A DNA stretch of 28,592 nucleotides from Naegleria gruberi (Eukaryota), in the NCBI GenBank assembly GCA_000004985.1, contig GG738959.1; one strand, 5' to 3'. The notes under the pieces were generated by a model. That model saw only the letters and a list, made by a program, of their open reading frames with translations. It did not search any database and was not told where the DNA came from. Position 1 is the stretch's first letter. Each line of letters starts with the position of its first letter. This document shows, one piece after another, positions 8,722 through 21,500 of the stretch. Position numbers and translations under genes: made by a program.

Positions 8722-9567
8722 TTACTTATTTACTTTTGGTATTTCAATTAAGCTTTGAATTTTGAAACTGTCTTGTTTGTAGGGAGCGTCAAAATTACTA
8801 CGTATTACATAATAAATGAGCTTGTCAAGCTTGCTACTCCAATTATCAAGCAATTCCCAATCATTAATATCAAAGATCCTTTGGGAGTGCTGAAATAATC
8901 GTCCCAAACCTATAAATCGTCTGTTTTTCATAAAATATTCATAATGACGCAAGTGAAATATATTTTTTTGGTACAAAAAGGTGATTTCCTGAAGAATAGG
9001 TAGTTTTTCTTTTAAGGTTTGAAAAATCTCTAAAGCTAACTGTCTGTATTCTTCTGATAAAAACTTGTCGTCTGTTAGTGAAAAAAGTAAAAAGTAGGGT
9101 TCTCCAGACAAATAAAACTCTGCTAAACGCAATTCCCTTTCATCATAAGTATCATAGTTGCAATCAAATTTTTCAACATCTAAAGTAGAATAAAAACCCA
9201 TTATCGTTTCAGAAAGTAGGTGGTATATGAAAAGGGCTGGATTGTAGCATAGGGAAGAGAAAAAACGTTCGATTGGTCCAACTGCCGAGAGAGGTATGAG
9301 AGGTTTTTCACTATCCATCTTCTCAATGAAAATGTTTCTGATATCATGACCGTCACTGTGAATTTTAATGCAATAAGGATTTCTGTTTTTTTTAAAACTG
9401 AATAATTTTTCACTAAATATTTTCAACGTATGAATCAAGCAATTTTCTTTACATTGTTGAGCATAGATTACTTTTGCTTGTGGTTTTTTTAAAAAATAAG
9501 AAATGTTTTCAATAGGAAGCGTGACTGTTTTTTCGTTACCGAGGTTTTTTTCTACAGGAATTTCCAT
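8722..9567 (-). CDS. Hypothetical protein, 281 aa, with no recognisable domain. The frame stays open from the ATG at 9565-9567 up to the N-run at 9599, so the true N-terminus may lie in the gap
   Basis: Long minus-strand ORF ending TAA at 8722-8724. Residue composition is protein-like (L/F/K/E/I-rich with several Y/W/H). There is no in-frame stop between 9568 and 9598. Confidence 0.45.
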   Translation of the reverse strand: MEIPVEKNLGNEKTVTLPIENISYFLKKPQAKVIYAQQCKENCLIHTLKIFSEKLFSFKKNRNPYCIKIHSDGHDIRNIFIEKMDSEKPLIPLSAVGPIERFFSSLCYNPALFIYHLLSETIMGFYSTLDVEKFDCNYDTYDERELRLAEFYLSGEPYFLLFSLTDDKFLSEEYRQLALEIFQTLKEKLPILQEITFLYQKNIFHLRHYEYFMKNRRFIGLGRLFQHSQRIFDINDWELLDNWSSKLDKLIYYVIRSNFDAPYKQDSFKIQSLIEIPKVNK

Positions 9568-9598
9568 GATAGGTTGTGTAATTACTTGATTTGTGGAG

Positions 9599-12500
9599 NN
9601 NNNNNNNNNNNNNNNNNNNNNNNNNNNNNNNNNNNNNNNNNNNNNNNNNNNNNNNNNNNNNNNNNNNNNNNNNNNNNNNNNNNNNNNNNNNNNNNNNNNN
9701 NNNNNNNNNNNNNNNNNNNNNNNNNNNNNNNNNNNNNNNNNNNNNNNNNNNNNNNNNNNNNNNNNNNNNNNNNNNNNNNNNNNNNNNNNNNNNNNNNNNN
9801 NNNNNNNNNNNNNNNNNNNNNNNNNNNNNNNNNNNNNNNNNNNNNNNNNNNNNNNNNNNNNNNNNNNNNNNNNNNNNNNNNNNNNNNNNNNNNNNNNNNN
9901 NNNNNNNNNNNNNNNNNNNNNNNNNNNNNNNNNNNNNNNNNNNNNNNNNNNNNNNNNNNNNNNNNNNNNNNNNNNNNNNNNNNNNNNNNNNNNNNNNNNN
10001 NNNNNNNNNNNNNNNNNNNNNNNNNNNNNNNNNNNNNNNNNNNNNNNNNNNNNNNNNNNNNNNNNNNNNNNNNNNNNNNNNNNNNNNNNNNNNNNNNNNN
10101 NNNNNNNNNNNNNNNNNNNNNNNNNNNNNNNNNNNNNNNNNNNNNNNNNNNNNNNNNNNNNNNNNNNNNNNNNNNNNNNNNNNNNNNNNNNNNNNNNNNN
10201 NNNNNNNNNNNNNNNNNNNNNNNNNNNNNNNNNNNNNNNNNNNNNNNNNNNNNNNNNNNNNNNNNNNNNNNNNNNNNNNNNNNNNNNNNNNNNNNNNNNN
10301 NNNNNNNNNNNNNNNNNNNNNNNNNNNNNNNNNNNNNNNNNNNNNNNNNNNNNNNNNNNNNNNNNNNNNNNNNNNNNNNNNNNNNNNNNNNNNNNNNNNN
10401 NNNNNNNNNNNNNNNNNNNNNNNNNNNNNNNNNNNNNNNNNNNNNNNNNNNNNNNNNNNNNNNNNNNNNNNNNNNNNNNNNNNNNNNNNNNNNNNNNNNN
10501 NNNNNNNNNNNNNNNNNNNNNNNNNNNNNNNNNNNNNNNNNNNNNNNNNNNNNNNNNNNNNNNNNNNNNNNNNNNNNNNNNNNNNNNNNNNNNNNNNNNN
10601 NNNNNNNNNNNNNNNNNNNNNNNNNNNNNNNNNNNNNNNNNNNNNNNNNNNNNNNNNNNNNNNNNNNNNNNNNNNNNNNNNNNNNNNNNNNNNNNNNNNN
10701 NNNNNNNNNNNNNNNNNNNNNNNNNNNNNNNNNNNNNNNNNNNNNNNNNNNNNNNNNNNNNNNNNNNNNNNNNNNNNNNNNNNNNNNNNNNNNNNNNNNN
10801 NNNNNNNNNNNNNNNNNNNNNNNNNNNNNNNNNNNNNNNNNNNNNNNNNNNNNNNNNNNNNNNNNNNNNNNNNNNNNNNNNNNNNNNNNNNNNNNNNNNN
10901 NNNNNNNNNNNNNNNNNNNNNNNNNNNNNNNNNNNNNNNNNNNNNNNNNNNNNNNNNNNNNNNNNNNNNNNNNNNNNNNNNNNNNNNNNNNNNNNNNNNN
11001 NNNNNNNNNNNNNNNNNNNNNNNNNNNNNNNNNNNNNNNNNNNNNNNNNNNNNNNNNNNNNNNNNNNNNNNNNNNNNNNNNNNNNNNNNNNNNNNNNNNN
11101 NNNNNNNNNNNNNNNNNNNNNNNNNNNNNNNNNNNNNNNNNNNNNNNNNNNNNNNNNNNNNNNNNNNNNNNNNNNNNNNNNNNNNNNNNNNNNNNNNNNN
11201 NNNNNNNNNNNNNNNNNNNNNNNNNNNNNNNNNNNNNNNNNNNNNNNNNNNNNNNNNNNNNNNNNNNNNNNNNNNNNNNNNNNNNNNNNNNNNNNNNNNN
11301 NNNNNNNNNNNNNNNNNNNNNNNNNNNNNNNNNNNNNNNNNNNNNNNNNNNNNNNNNNNNNNNNNNNNNNNNNNNNNNNNNNNNNNNNNNNNNNNNNNNN
11401 NNNNNNNNNNNNNNNNNNNNNNNNNNNNNNNNNNNNNNNNNNNNNNNNNNNNNNNNNNNNNNNNNNNNNNNNNNNNNNNNNNNNNNNNNNNNNNNNNNNN
11501 NNNNNNNNNNNNNNNNNNNNNNNNNNNNNNNNNNNNNNNNNNNNNNNNNNNNNNNNNNNNNNNNNNNNNNNNNNNNNNNNNNNNNNNNNNNNNNNNNNNN
11601 NNNNNNNNNNNNNNNNNNNNNNNNNNNNNNNNNNNNNNNNNNNNNNNNNNNNNNNNNNNNNNNNNNNNNNNNNNNNNNNNNNNNNNNNNNNNNNNNNNNN
11701 NNNNNNNNNNNNNNNNNNNNNNNNNNNNNNNNNNNNNNNNNNNNNNNNNNNNNNNNNNNNNNNNNNNNNNNNNNNNNNNNNNNNNNNNNNNNNNNNNNNN
11801 NNNNNNNNNNNNNNNNNNNNNNNNNNNNNNNNNNNNNNNNNNNNNNNNNNNNNNNNNNNNNNNNNNNNNNNNNNNNNNNNNNNNNNNNNNNNNNNNNNNN
11901 NNNNNNNNNNNNNNNNNNNNNNNNNNNNNNNNNNNNNNNNNNNNNNNNNNNNNNNNNNNNNNNNNNNNNNNNNNNNNNNNNNNNNNNNNNNNNNNNNNNN
12001 NNNNNNNNNNNNNNNNNNNNNNNNNNNNNNNNNNNNNNNNNNNNNNNNNNNNNNNNNNNNNNNNNNNNNNNNNNNNNNNNNNNNNNNNNNNNNNNNNNNN
12101 NNNNNNNNNNNNNNNNNNNNNNNNNNNNNNNNNNNNNNNNNNNNNNNNNNNNNNNNNNNNNNNNNNNNNNNNNNNNNNNNNNNNNNNNNNNNNNNNNNNN
12201 NNNNNNNNNNNNNNNNNNNNNNNNNNNNNNNNNNNNNNNNNNNNNNNNNNNNNNNNNNNNNNNNNNNNNNNNNNNNNNNNNNNNNNNNNNNNNNNNNNNN
12301 NNNNNNNNNNNNNNNNNNNNNNNNNNNNNNNNNNNNNNNNNNNNNNNNNNNNNNNNNNNNNNNNNNNNNNNNNNNNNNNNNNNNNNNNNNNNNNNNNNNN
12401 NNNNNNNNNNNNNNNNNNNNNNNNNNNNNNNNNNNNNNNNNNNNNNNNNNNNNNNNNNNNNNNNNNNNNNNNNNNNNNNNNNNNNNNNNNNNNNNNNNNN

Positions 12501-15500
12501 NNNNNNNNNNNNNNNNNNNNNNNNNNNNNNNNNNNNNNNNNNNNNNNNNNNNNNNNNNNNNNNNNNNNNNNNNNNNNNNNNNNNNNNNNNNNNNNNNNNN
12601 NNNNNNNNNNNNNNNNNNNNNNNNNNNNNNNNNNNNNNNNNNNNNNNNNNNNNNNNNNNNNNNNNNNNNNNNNNNNNNNNNNNNNNNNNNNNNNNNNNNN
12701 NNNNNNNNNNNNNNNNNNNNNNNNNNNNNNNNNNNNNNNNNNNNNNNNNNNNNNNNNNNNNNNNNNNNNNNNNNNNNNNNNNNNNNNNNNNNNNNNNNNN
12801 NNNNNNNNNNNNNNNNNNNNNNNNNNNNNNNNNNNNNNNNNNNNNNNNNNNNNNNNNNNNNNNNNNNNNNNNNNNNNNNNNNNNNNNNNNNNNNNNNNNN
12901 NNNNNNNNNNNNNNNNNNNNNNNNNNNNNNNNNNNNNNNNNNNNNNNNNNNNNNNNNNNNNNNNNNNNNNNNNNNNNNNNNNNNNNNNNNNNNNNNNNNN
13001 NNNNNNNNNNNNNNNNNNNNNNNNNNNNNNNNNNNNNNNNNNNNNNNNNNNNNNNNNNNNNNNNNNNNNNNNNNNNNNNNNNNNNNNNNNNNNNNNNNNN
13101 NNNNNNNNNNNNNNNNNNNNNNNNNNNNNNNNNNNNNNNNNNNNNNNNNNNNNNNNNNNNNNNNNNNNNNNNNNNNNNNNNNNNNNNNNNNNNNNNNNNN
13201 NNNNNNNNNNNNNNNNNNNNNNNNNNNNNNNNNNNNNNNNNNNNNNNNNNNNNNNNNNNNNNNNNNNNNNNNNNNNNNNNNNNNNNNNNNNNNNNNNNNN
13301 NNNNNNNNNNNNNNNNNNNNNNNNNNNNNNNNNNNNNNNNNNNNNNNNNNNNNNNNNNNNNNNNNNNNNNNNNNNNNNNNNNNNNNNNNNNNNNNNNNNN
13401 NNNNNNNNNNNNNNNNNNNNNNNNNNNNNNNNNNNNNNNNNNNNNNNNNNNNNNNNNNNNNNNNNNNNNNNNNNNNNNNNNNNNNNNNNNNNNNNNNNNN
13501 NNNNNNNNNNNNNNNNNNNNNNNNNNNNNNNNNNNNNNNNNNNNNNNNNNNNNNNNNNNNNNNNNNNNNNNNNNNNNNNNNNNNNNNNNNNNNNNNNNNN
13601 NNNNNNNNNNNNNNNNNNNNNNNNNNNNNNNNNNNNNNNNNNNNNNNNNNNNNNNNNNNNNNNNNNNNNNNNNNNNNNNNNNNNNNNNNNNNNNNNNNNN
13701 NNNNNNNNNNNNNNNNNNNNNNNNNNNNNNNNNNNNNNNNNNNNNNNNNNNNNNNNNNNNNNNNNNNNNNNNNNNNNNNNNNNNNNNNNNNNNNNNNNNN
13801 NNNNNNNNNNNNNNNNNNNNNNNNNNNNNNNNNNNNNNNNNNNNNNNNNNNNNNNNNNNNNNNNNNNNNNNNNNNNNNNNNNNNNNNNNNNNNNNNNNNN
13901 NNNNNNNNNNNNNNNNNNNNNNNNNNNNNNNNNNNNNNNNNNNNNNNNNNNNNNNNNNNNNNNNNNNNNNNNNNNNNNNNNNNNNNNNNNNNNNNNNNNN
14001 NNNNNNNNNNNNNNNNNNNNNNNNNNNNNNNNNNNNNNNNNNNNNNNNNNNNNNNNNNNNNNNNNNNNNNNNNNNNNNNNNNNNNNNNNNNNNNNNNNNN
14101 NNNNNNNNNNNNNNNNNNNNNNNNNNNNNNNNNNNNNNNNNNNNNNNNNNNNNNNNNNNNNNNNNNNNNNNNNNNNNNNNNNNNNNNNNNNNNNNNNNNN
14201 NNNNNNNNNNNNNNNNNNNNNNNNNNNNNNNNNNNNNNNNNNNNNNNNNNNNNNNNNNNNNNNNNNNNNNNNNNNNNNNNNNNNNNNNNNNNNNNNNNNN
14301 NNNNNNNNNNNNNNNNNNNNNNNNNNNNNNNNNNNNNNNNNNNNNNNNNNNNNNNNNNNNNNNNNNNNNNNNNNNNNNNNNNNNNNNNNNNNNNNNNNNN
14401 NNNNNNNNNNNNNNNNNNNNNNNNNNNNNNNNNNNNNNNNNNNNNNNNNNNNNNNNNNNNNNNNNNNNNNNNNNNNNNNNNNNNNNNNNNNNNNNNNNNN
14501 NNNNNNNNNNNNNNNNNNNNNNNNNNNNNNNNNNNNNNNNNNNNNNNNNNNNNNNNNNNNNNNNNNNNNNNNNNNNNNNNNNNNNNNNNNNNNNNNNNNN
14601 NNNNNNNNNNNNNNNNNNNNNNNNNNNNNNNNNNNNNNNNNNNNNNNNNNNNNNNNNNNNNNNNNNNNNNNNNNNNNNNNNNNNNNNNNNNNNNNNNNNN
14701 NNNNNNNNNNNNNNNNNNNNNNNNNNNNNNNNNNNNNNNNNNNNNNNNNNNNNNNNNNNNNNNNNNNNNNNNNNNNNNNNNNNNNNNNNNNNNNNNNNNN
14801 NNNNNNNNNNNNNNNNNNNNNNNNNNNNNNNNNNNNNNNNNNNNNNNNNNNNNNNNNNNNNNNNNNNNNNNNNNNNNNNNNNNNNNNNNNNNNNNNNNNN
14901 NNNNNNNNNNNNNNNNNNNNNNNNNNNNNNNNNNNNNNNNNNNNNNNNNNNNNNNNNNNNNNNNNNNNNNNNNNNNNNNNNNNNNNNNNNNNNNNNNNNN
15001 NNNNNNNNNNNNNNNNNNNNNNNNNNNNNNNNNNNNNNNNNNNNNNNNNNNNNNNNNNNNNNNNNNNNNNNNNNNNNNNNNNNNNNNNNNNNNNNNNNNN
15101 NNNNNNNNNNNNNNNNNNNNNNNNNNNNNNNNNNNNNNNNNNNNNNNNNNNNNNNNNNNNNNNNNNNNNNNNNNNNNNNNNNNNNNNNNNNNNNNNNNNN
15201 NNNNNNNNNNNNNNNNNNNNNNNNNNNNNNNNNNNNNNNNNNNNNNNNNNNNNNNNNNNNNNNNNNNNNNNNNNNNNNNNNNNNNNNNNNNNNNNNNNNN
15301 NNNNNNNNNNNNNNNNNNNNNNNNNNNNNNNNNNNNNNNNNNNNNNNNNNNNNNNNNNNNNNNNNNNNNNNNNNNNNNNNNNNNNNNNNNNNNNNNNNNN
15401 NNNNNNNNNNNNNNNNNNNNNNNNNNNNNNNNNNNNNNNNNNNNNNNNNNNNNNNNNNNNNNNNNNNNNNNNNNNNNNNNNNNNNNNNNNNNNNNNNNNN

Positions 15501-18500
15501 NNNNNNNNNNNNNNNNNNNNNNNNNNNNNNNNNNNNNNNNNNNNNNNNNNNNNNNNNNNNNNNNNNNNNNNNNNNNNNNNNNNNNNNNNNNNNNNNNNNN
15601 NNNNNNNNNNNNNNNNNNNNNNNNNNNNNNNNNNNNNNNNNNNNNNNNNNNNNNNNNNNNNNNNNNNNNNNNNNNNNNNNNNNNNNNNNNNNNNNNNNNN
15701 NNNNNNNNNNNNNNNNNNNNNNNNNNNNNNNNNNNNNNNNNNNNNNNNNNNNNNNNNNNNNNNNNNNNNNNNNNNNNNNNNNNNNNNNNNNNNNNNNNNN
15801 NNNNNNNNNNNNNNNNNNNNNNNNNNNNNNNNNNNNNNNNNNNNNNNNNNNNNNNNNNNNNNNNNNNNNNNNNNNNNNNNNNNNNNNNNNNNNNNNNNNN
15901 NNNNNNNNNNNNNNNNNNNNNNNNNNNNNNNNNNNNNNNNNNNNNNNNNNNNNNNNNNNNNNNNNNNNNNNNNNNNNNNNNNNNNNNNNNNNNNNNNNNN
16001 NNNNNNNNNNNNNNNNNNNNNNNNNNNNNNNNNNNNNNNNNNNNNNNNNNNNNNNNNNNNNNNNNNNNNNNNNNNNNNNNNNNNNNNNNNNNNNNNNNNN
16101 NNNNNNNNNNNNNNNNNNNNNNNNNNNNNNNNNNNNNNNNNNNNNNNNNNNNNNNNNNNNNNNNNNNNNNNNNNNNNNNNNNNNNNNNNNNNNNNNNNNN
16201 NNNNNNNNNNNNNNNNNNNNNNNNNNNNNNNNNNNNNNNNNNNNNNNNNNNNNNNNNNNNNNNNNNNNNNNNNNNNNNNNNNNNNNNNNNNNNNNNNNNN
16301 NNNNNNNNNNNNNNNNNNNNNNNNNNNNNNNNNNNNNNNNNNNNNNNNNNNNNNNNNNNNNNNNNNNNNNNNNNNNNNNNNNNNNNNNNNNNNNNNNNNN
16401 NNNNNNNNNNNNNNNNNNNNNNNNNNNNNNNNNNNNNNNNNNNNNNNNNNNNNNNNNNNNNNNNNNNNNNNNNNNNNNNNNNNNNNNNNNNNNNNNNNNN
16501 NNNNNNNNNNNNNNNNNNNNNNNNNNNNNNNNNNNNNNNNNNNNNNNNNNNNNNNNNNNNNNNNNNNNNNNNNNNNNNNNNNNNNNNNNNNNNNNNNNNN
16601 NNNNNNNNNNNNNNNNNNNNNNNNNNNNNNNNNNNNNNNNNNNNNNNNNNNNNNNNNNNNNNNNNNNNNNNNNNNNNNNNNNNNNNNNNNNNNNNNNNNN
16701 NNNNNNNNNNNNNNNNNNNNNNNNNNNNNNNNNNNNNNNNNNNNNNNNNNNNNNNNNNNNNNNNNNNNNNNNNNNNNNNNNNNNNNNNNNNNNNNNNNNN
16801 NNNNNNNNNNNNNNNNNNNNNNNNNNNNNNNNNNNNNNNNNNNNNNNNNNNNNNNNNNNNNNNNNNNNNNNNNNNNNNNNNNNNNNNNNNNNNNNNNNNN
16901 NNNNNNNNNNNNNNNNNNNNNNNNNNNNNNNNNNNNNNNNNNNNNNNNNNNNNNNNNNNNNNNNNNNNNNNNNNNNNNNNNNNNNNNNNNNNNNNNNNNN
17001 NNNNNNNNNNNNNNNNNNNNNNNNNNNNNNNNNNNNNNNNNNNNNNNNNNNNNNNNNNNNNNNNNNNNNNNNNNNNNNNNNNNNNNNNNNNNNNNNNNNN
17101 NNNNNNNNNNNNNNNNNNNNNNNNNNNNNNNNNNNNNNNNNNNNNNNNNNNNNNNNNNNNNNNNNNNNNNNNNNNNNNNNNNNNNNNNNNNNNNNNNNNN
17201 NNNNNNNNNNNNNNNNNNNNNNNNNNNNNNNNNNNNNNNNNNNNNNNNNNNNNNNNNNNNNNNNNNNNNNNNNNNNNNNNNNNNNNNNNNNNNNNNNNNN
17301 NNNNNNNNNNNNNNNNNNNNNNNNNNNNNNNNNNNNNNNNNNNNNNNNNNNNNNNNNNNNNNNNNNNNNNNNNNNNNNNNNNNNNNNNNNNNNNNNNNNN
17401 NNNNNNNNNNNNNNNNNNNNNNNNNNNNNNNNNNNNNNNNNNNNNNNNNNNNNNNNNNNNNNNNNNNNNNNNNNNNNNNNNNNNNNNNNNNNNNNNNNNN
17501 NNNNNNNNNNNNNNNNNNNNNNNNNNNNNNNNNNNNNNNNNNNNNNNNNNNNNNNNNNNNNNNNNNNNNNNNNNNNNNNNNNNNNNNNNNNNNNNNNNNN
17601 NNNNNNNNNNNNNNNNNNNNNNNNNNNNNNNNNNNNNNNNNNNNNNNNNNNNNNNNNNNNNNNNNNNNNNNNNNNNNNNNNNNNNNNNNNNNNNNNNNNN
17701 NNNNNNNNNNNNNNNNNNNNNNNNNNNNNNNNNNNNNNNNNNNNNNNNNNNNNNNNNNNNNNNNNNNNNNNNNNNNNNNNNNNNNNNNNNNNNNNNNNNN
17801 NNNNNNNNNNNNNNNNNNNNNNNNNNNNNNNNNNNNNNNNNNNNNNNNNNNNNNNNNNNNNNNNNNNNNNNNNNNNNNNNNNNNNNNNNNNNNNNNNNNN
17901 NNNNNNNNNNNNNNNNNNNNNNNNNNNNNNNNNNNNNNNNNNNNNNNNNNNNNNNNNNNNNNNNNNNNNNNNNNNNNNNNNNNNNNNNNNNNNNNNNNNN
18001 NNNNNNNNNNNNNNNNNNNNNNNNNNNNNNNNNNNNNNNNNNNNNNNNNNNNNNNNNNNNNNNNNNNNNNNNNNNNNNNNNNNNNNNNNNNNNNNNNNNN
18101 NNNNNNNNNNNNNNNNNNNNNNNNNNNNNNNNNNNNNNNNNNNNNNNNNNNNNNNNNNNNNNNNNNNNNNNNNNNNNNNNNNNNNNNNNNNNNNNNNNNN
18201 NNNNNNNNNNNNNNNNNNNNNNNNNNNNNNNNNNNNNNNNNNNNNNNNNNNNNNNNNNNNNNNNNNNNNNNNNNNNNNNNNNNNNNNNNNNNNNNNNNNN
18301 NNNNNNNNNNNNNNNNNNNNNNNNNNNNNNNNNNNNNNNNNNNNNNNNNNNNNNNNNNNNNNNNNNNNNNNNNNNNNNNNNNNNNNNNNNNNNNNNNNNN
18401 NNNNNNNNNNNNNNNNNNNNNNNNNNNNNNNNNNNNNNNNNNNNNNNNNNNNNNNNNNNNNNNNNNNNNNNNNNNNNNNNNNNNNNNNNNNNNNNNNNNN

Positions 18501-21500
18501 NNNNNNNNNNNNNNNNNNNNNNNNNNNNNNNNNNNNNNNNNNNNNNNNNNNNNNNNNNNNNNNNNNNNNNNNNNNNNNNNNNNNNNNNNNNNNNNNNNNN
18601 NNNNNNNNNNNNNNNNNNNNNNNNNNNNNNNNNNNNNNNNNNNNNNNNNNNNNNNNNNNNNNNNNNNNNNNNNNNNNNNNNNNNNNNNNNNNNNNNNNNN
18701 NNNNNNNNNNNNNNNNNNNNNNNNNNNNNNNNNNNNNNNNNNNNNNNNNNNNNNNNNNNNNNNNNNNNNNNNNNNNNNNNNNNNNNNNNNNNNNNNNNNN
18801 NNNNNNNNNNNNNNNNNNNNNNNNNNNNNNNNNNNNNNNNNNNNNNNNNNNNNNNNNNNNNNNNNNNNNNNNNNNNNNNNNNNNNNNNNNNNNNNNNNNN
18901 NNNNNNNNNNNNNNNNNNNNNNNNNNNNNNNNNNNNNNNNNNNNNNNNNNNNNNNNNNNNNNNNNNNNNNNNNNNNNNNNNNNNNNNNNNNNNNNNNNNN
19001 NNNNNNNNNNNNNNNNNNNNNNNNNNNNNNNNNNNNNNNNNNNNNNNNNNNNNNNNNNNNNNNNNNNNNNNNNNNNNNNNNNNNNNNNNNNNNNNNNNNN
19101 NNNNNNNNNNNNNNNNNNNNNNNNNNNNNNNNNNNNNNNNNNNNNNNNNNNNNNNNNNNNNNNNNNNNNNNNNNNNNNNNNNNNNNNNNNNNNNNNNNNN
19201 NNNNNNNNNNNNNNNNNNNNNNNNNNNNNNNNNNNNNNNNNNNNNNNNNNNNNNNNNNNNNNNNNNNNNNNNNNNNNNNNNNNNNNNNNNNNNNNNNNNN
19301 NNNNNNNNNNNNNNNNNNNNNNNNNNNNNNNNNNNNNNNNNNNNNNNNNNNNNNNNNNNNNNNNNNNNNNNNNNNNNNNNNNNNNNNNNNNNNNNNNNNN
19401 NNNNNNNNNNNNNNNNNNNNNNNNNNNNNNNNNNNNNNNNNNNNNNNNNNNNNNNNNNNNNNNNNNNNNNNNNNNNNNNNNNNNNNNNNNNNNNNNNNNN
19501 NNNNNNNNNNNNNNNNNNNNNNNNNNNNNNNNNNNNNNNNNNNNNNNNNNNNNNNNNNNNNNNNNNNNNNNNNNNNNNNNNNNNNNNNNNNNNNNNNNNN
19601 NNNNNNNNNNNNNNNNNNNNNNNNNNNNNNNNNNNNNNNNNNNNNNNNNNNNNNNNNNNNNNNNNNNNNNNNNNNNNNNNNNNNNNNNNNNNNNNNNNNN
19701 NNNNNNNNNNNNNNNNNNNNNNNNNNNNNNNNNNNNNNNNNNNNNNNNNNNNNNNNNNNNNNNNNNNNNNNNNNNNNNNNNNNNNNNNNNNNNNNNNNNN
19801 NNNNNNNNNNNNNNNNNNNNNNNNNNNNNNNNNNNNNNNNNNNNNNNNNNNNNNNNNNNNNNNNNNNNNNNNNNNNNNNNNNNNNNNNNNNNNNNNNNNN
19901 NNNNNNNNNNNNNNNNNNNNNNNNNNNNNNNNNNNNNNNNNNNNNNNNNNNNNNNNNNNNNNNNNNNNNNNNNNNNNNNNNNNNNNNNNNNNNNNNNNNN
20001 NNNNNNNNNNNNNNNNNNNNNNNNNNNNNNNNNNNNNNNNNNNNNNNNNNNNNNNNNNNNNNNNNNNNNNNNNNNNNNNNNNNNNNNNNNNNNNNNNNNN
20101 NNNNNNNNNNNNNNNNNNNNNNNNNNNNNNNNNNNNNNNNNNNNNNNNNNNNNNNNNNNNNNNNNNNNNNNNNNNNNNNNNNNNNNNNNNNNNNNNNNNN
20201 NNNNNNNNNNNNNNNNNNNNNNNNNNNNNNNNNNNNNNNNNNNNNNNNNNNNNNNNNNNNNNNNNNNNNNNNNNNNNNNNNNNNNNNNNNNNNNNNNNNN
20301 NNNNNNNNNNNNNNNNNNNNNNNNNNNNNNNNNNNNNNNNNNNNNNNNNNNNNNNNNNNNNNNNNNNNNNNNNNNNNNNNNNNNNNNNNNNNNNNNNNNN
20401 NNNNNNNNNNNNNNNNNNNNNNNNNNNNNNNNNNNNNNNNNNNNNNNNNNNNNNNNNNNNNNNNNNNNNNNNNNNNNNNNNNNNNNNNNNNNNNNNNNNN
20501 NNNNNNNNNNNNNNNNNNNNNNNNNNNNNNNNNNNNNNNNNNNNNNNNNNNNNNNNNNNNNNNNNNNNNNNNNNNNNNNNNNNNNNNNNNNNNNNNNNNN
20601 NNNNNNNNNNNNNNNNNNNNNNNNNNNNNNNNNNNNNNNNNNNNNNNNNNNNNNNNNNNNNNNNNNNNNNNNNNNNNNNNNNNNNNNNNNNNNNNNNNNN
20701 NNNNNNNNNNNNNNNNNNNNNNNNNNNNNNNNNNNNNNNNNNNNNNNNNNNNNNNNNNNNNNNNNNNNNNNNNNNNNNNNNNNNNNNNNNNNNNNNNNNN
20801 NNNNNNNNNNNNNNNNNNNNNNNNNNNNNNNNNNNNNNNNNNNNNNNNNNNNNNNNNNNNNNNNNNNNNNNNNNNNNNNNNNNNNNNNNNNNNNNNNNNN
20901 NNNNNNNNNNNNNNNNNNNNNNNNNNNNNNNNNNNNNNNNNNNNNNNNNNNNNNNNNNNNNNNNNNNNNNNNNNNNNNNNNNNNNNNNNNNNNNNNNNNN
21001 NNNNNNNNNNNNNNNNNNNNNNNNNNNNNNNNNNNNNNNNNNNNNNNNNNNNNNNNNNNNNNNNNNNNNNNNNNNNNNNNNNNNNNNNNNNNNNNNNNNN
21101 NNNNNNNNNNNNNNNNNNNNNNNNNNNNNNNNNNNNNNNNNNNNNNNNNNNNNNNNNNNNNNNNNNNNNNNNNNNNNNNNNNNNNNNNNNNNNNNNNNNN
21201 NNNNNNNNNNNNNNNNNNNNNNNNNNNNNNNNNNNNNNNNNNNNNNNNNNNNNNNNNNNNNNNNNNNNNNNNNNNNNNNNNNNNNNNNNNNNNNNNNNNN
21301 NNNNNNNNNNNNNNNNNNNNNNNNNNNNNNNNNNNNNNNNNNNNNNNNNNNNNNNNNNNNNNNNNNNNNNNNNNNNNNNNNNNNNNNNNNNNNNNNNNNN
21401 NNNNNNNNNNNNNNNNNNNNNNNNNNNNNNNNNNNNNNNNNNNNNNNNNNNNNNNNNNNNNNNNNNNNNNNNNNNNNNNNNNNNNNNNNNNNNNNNNNNN

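Noticed and set aside
9201-9413. 70-aa minus-strand ORF nested in the 281-aa ORF
   Set aside because: It is an alternative frame of a longer, better-supported ORF.
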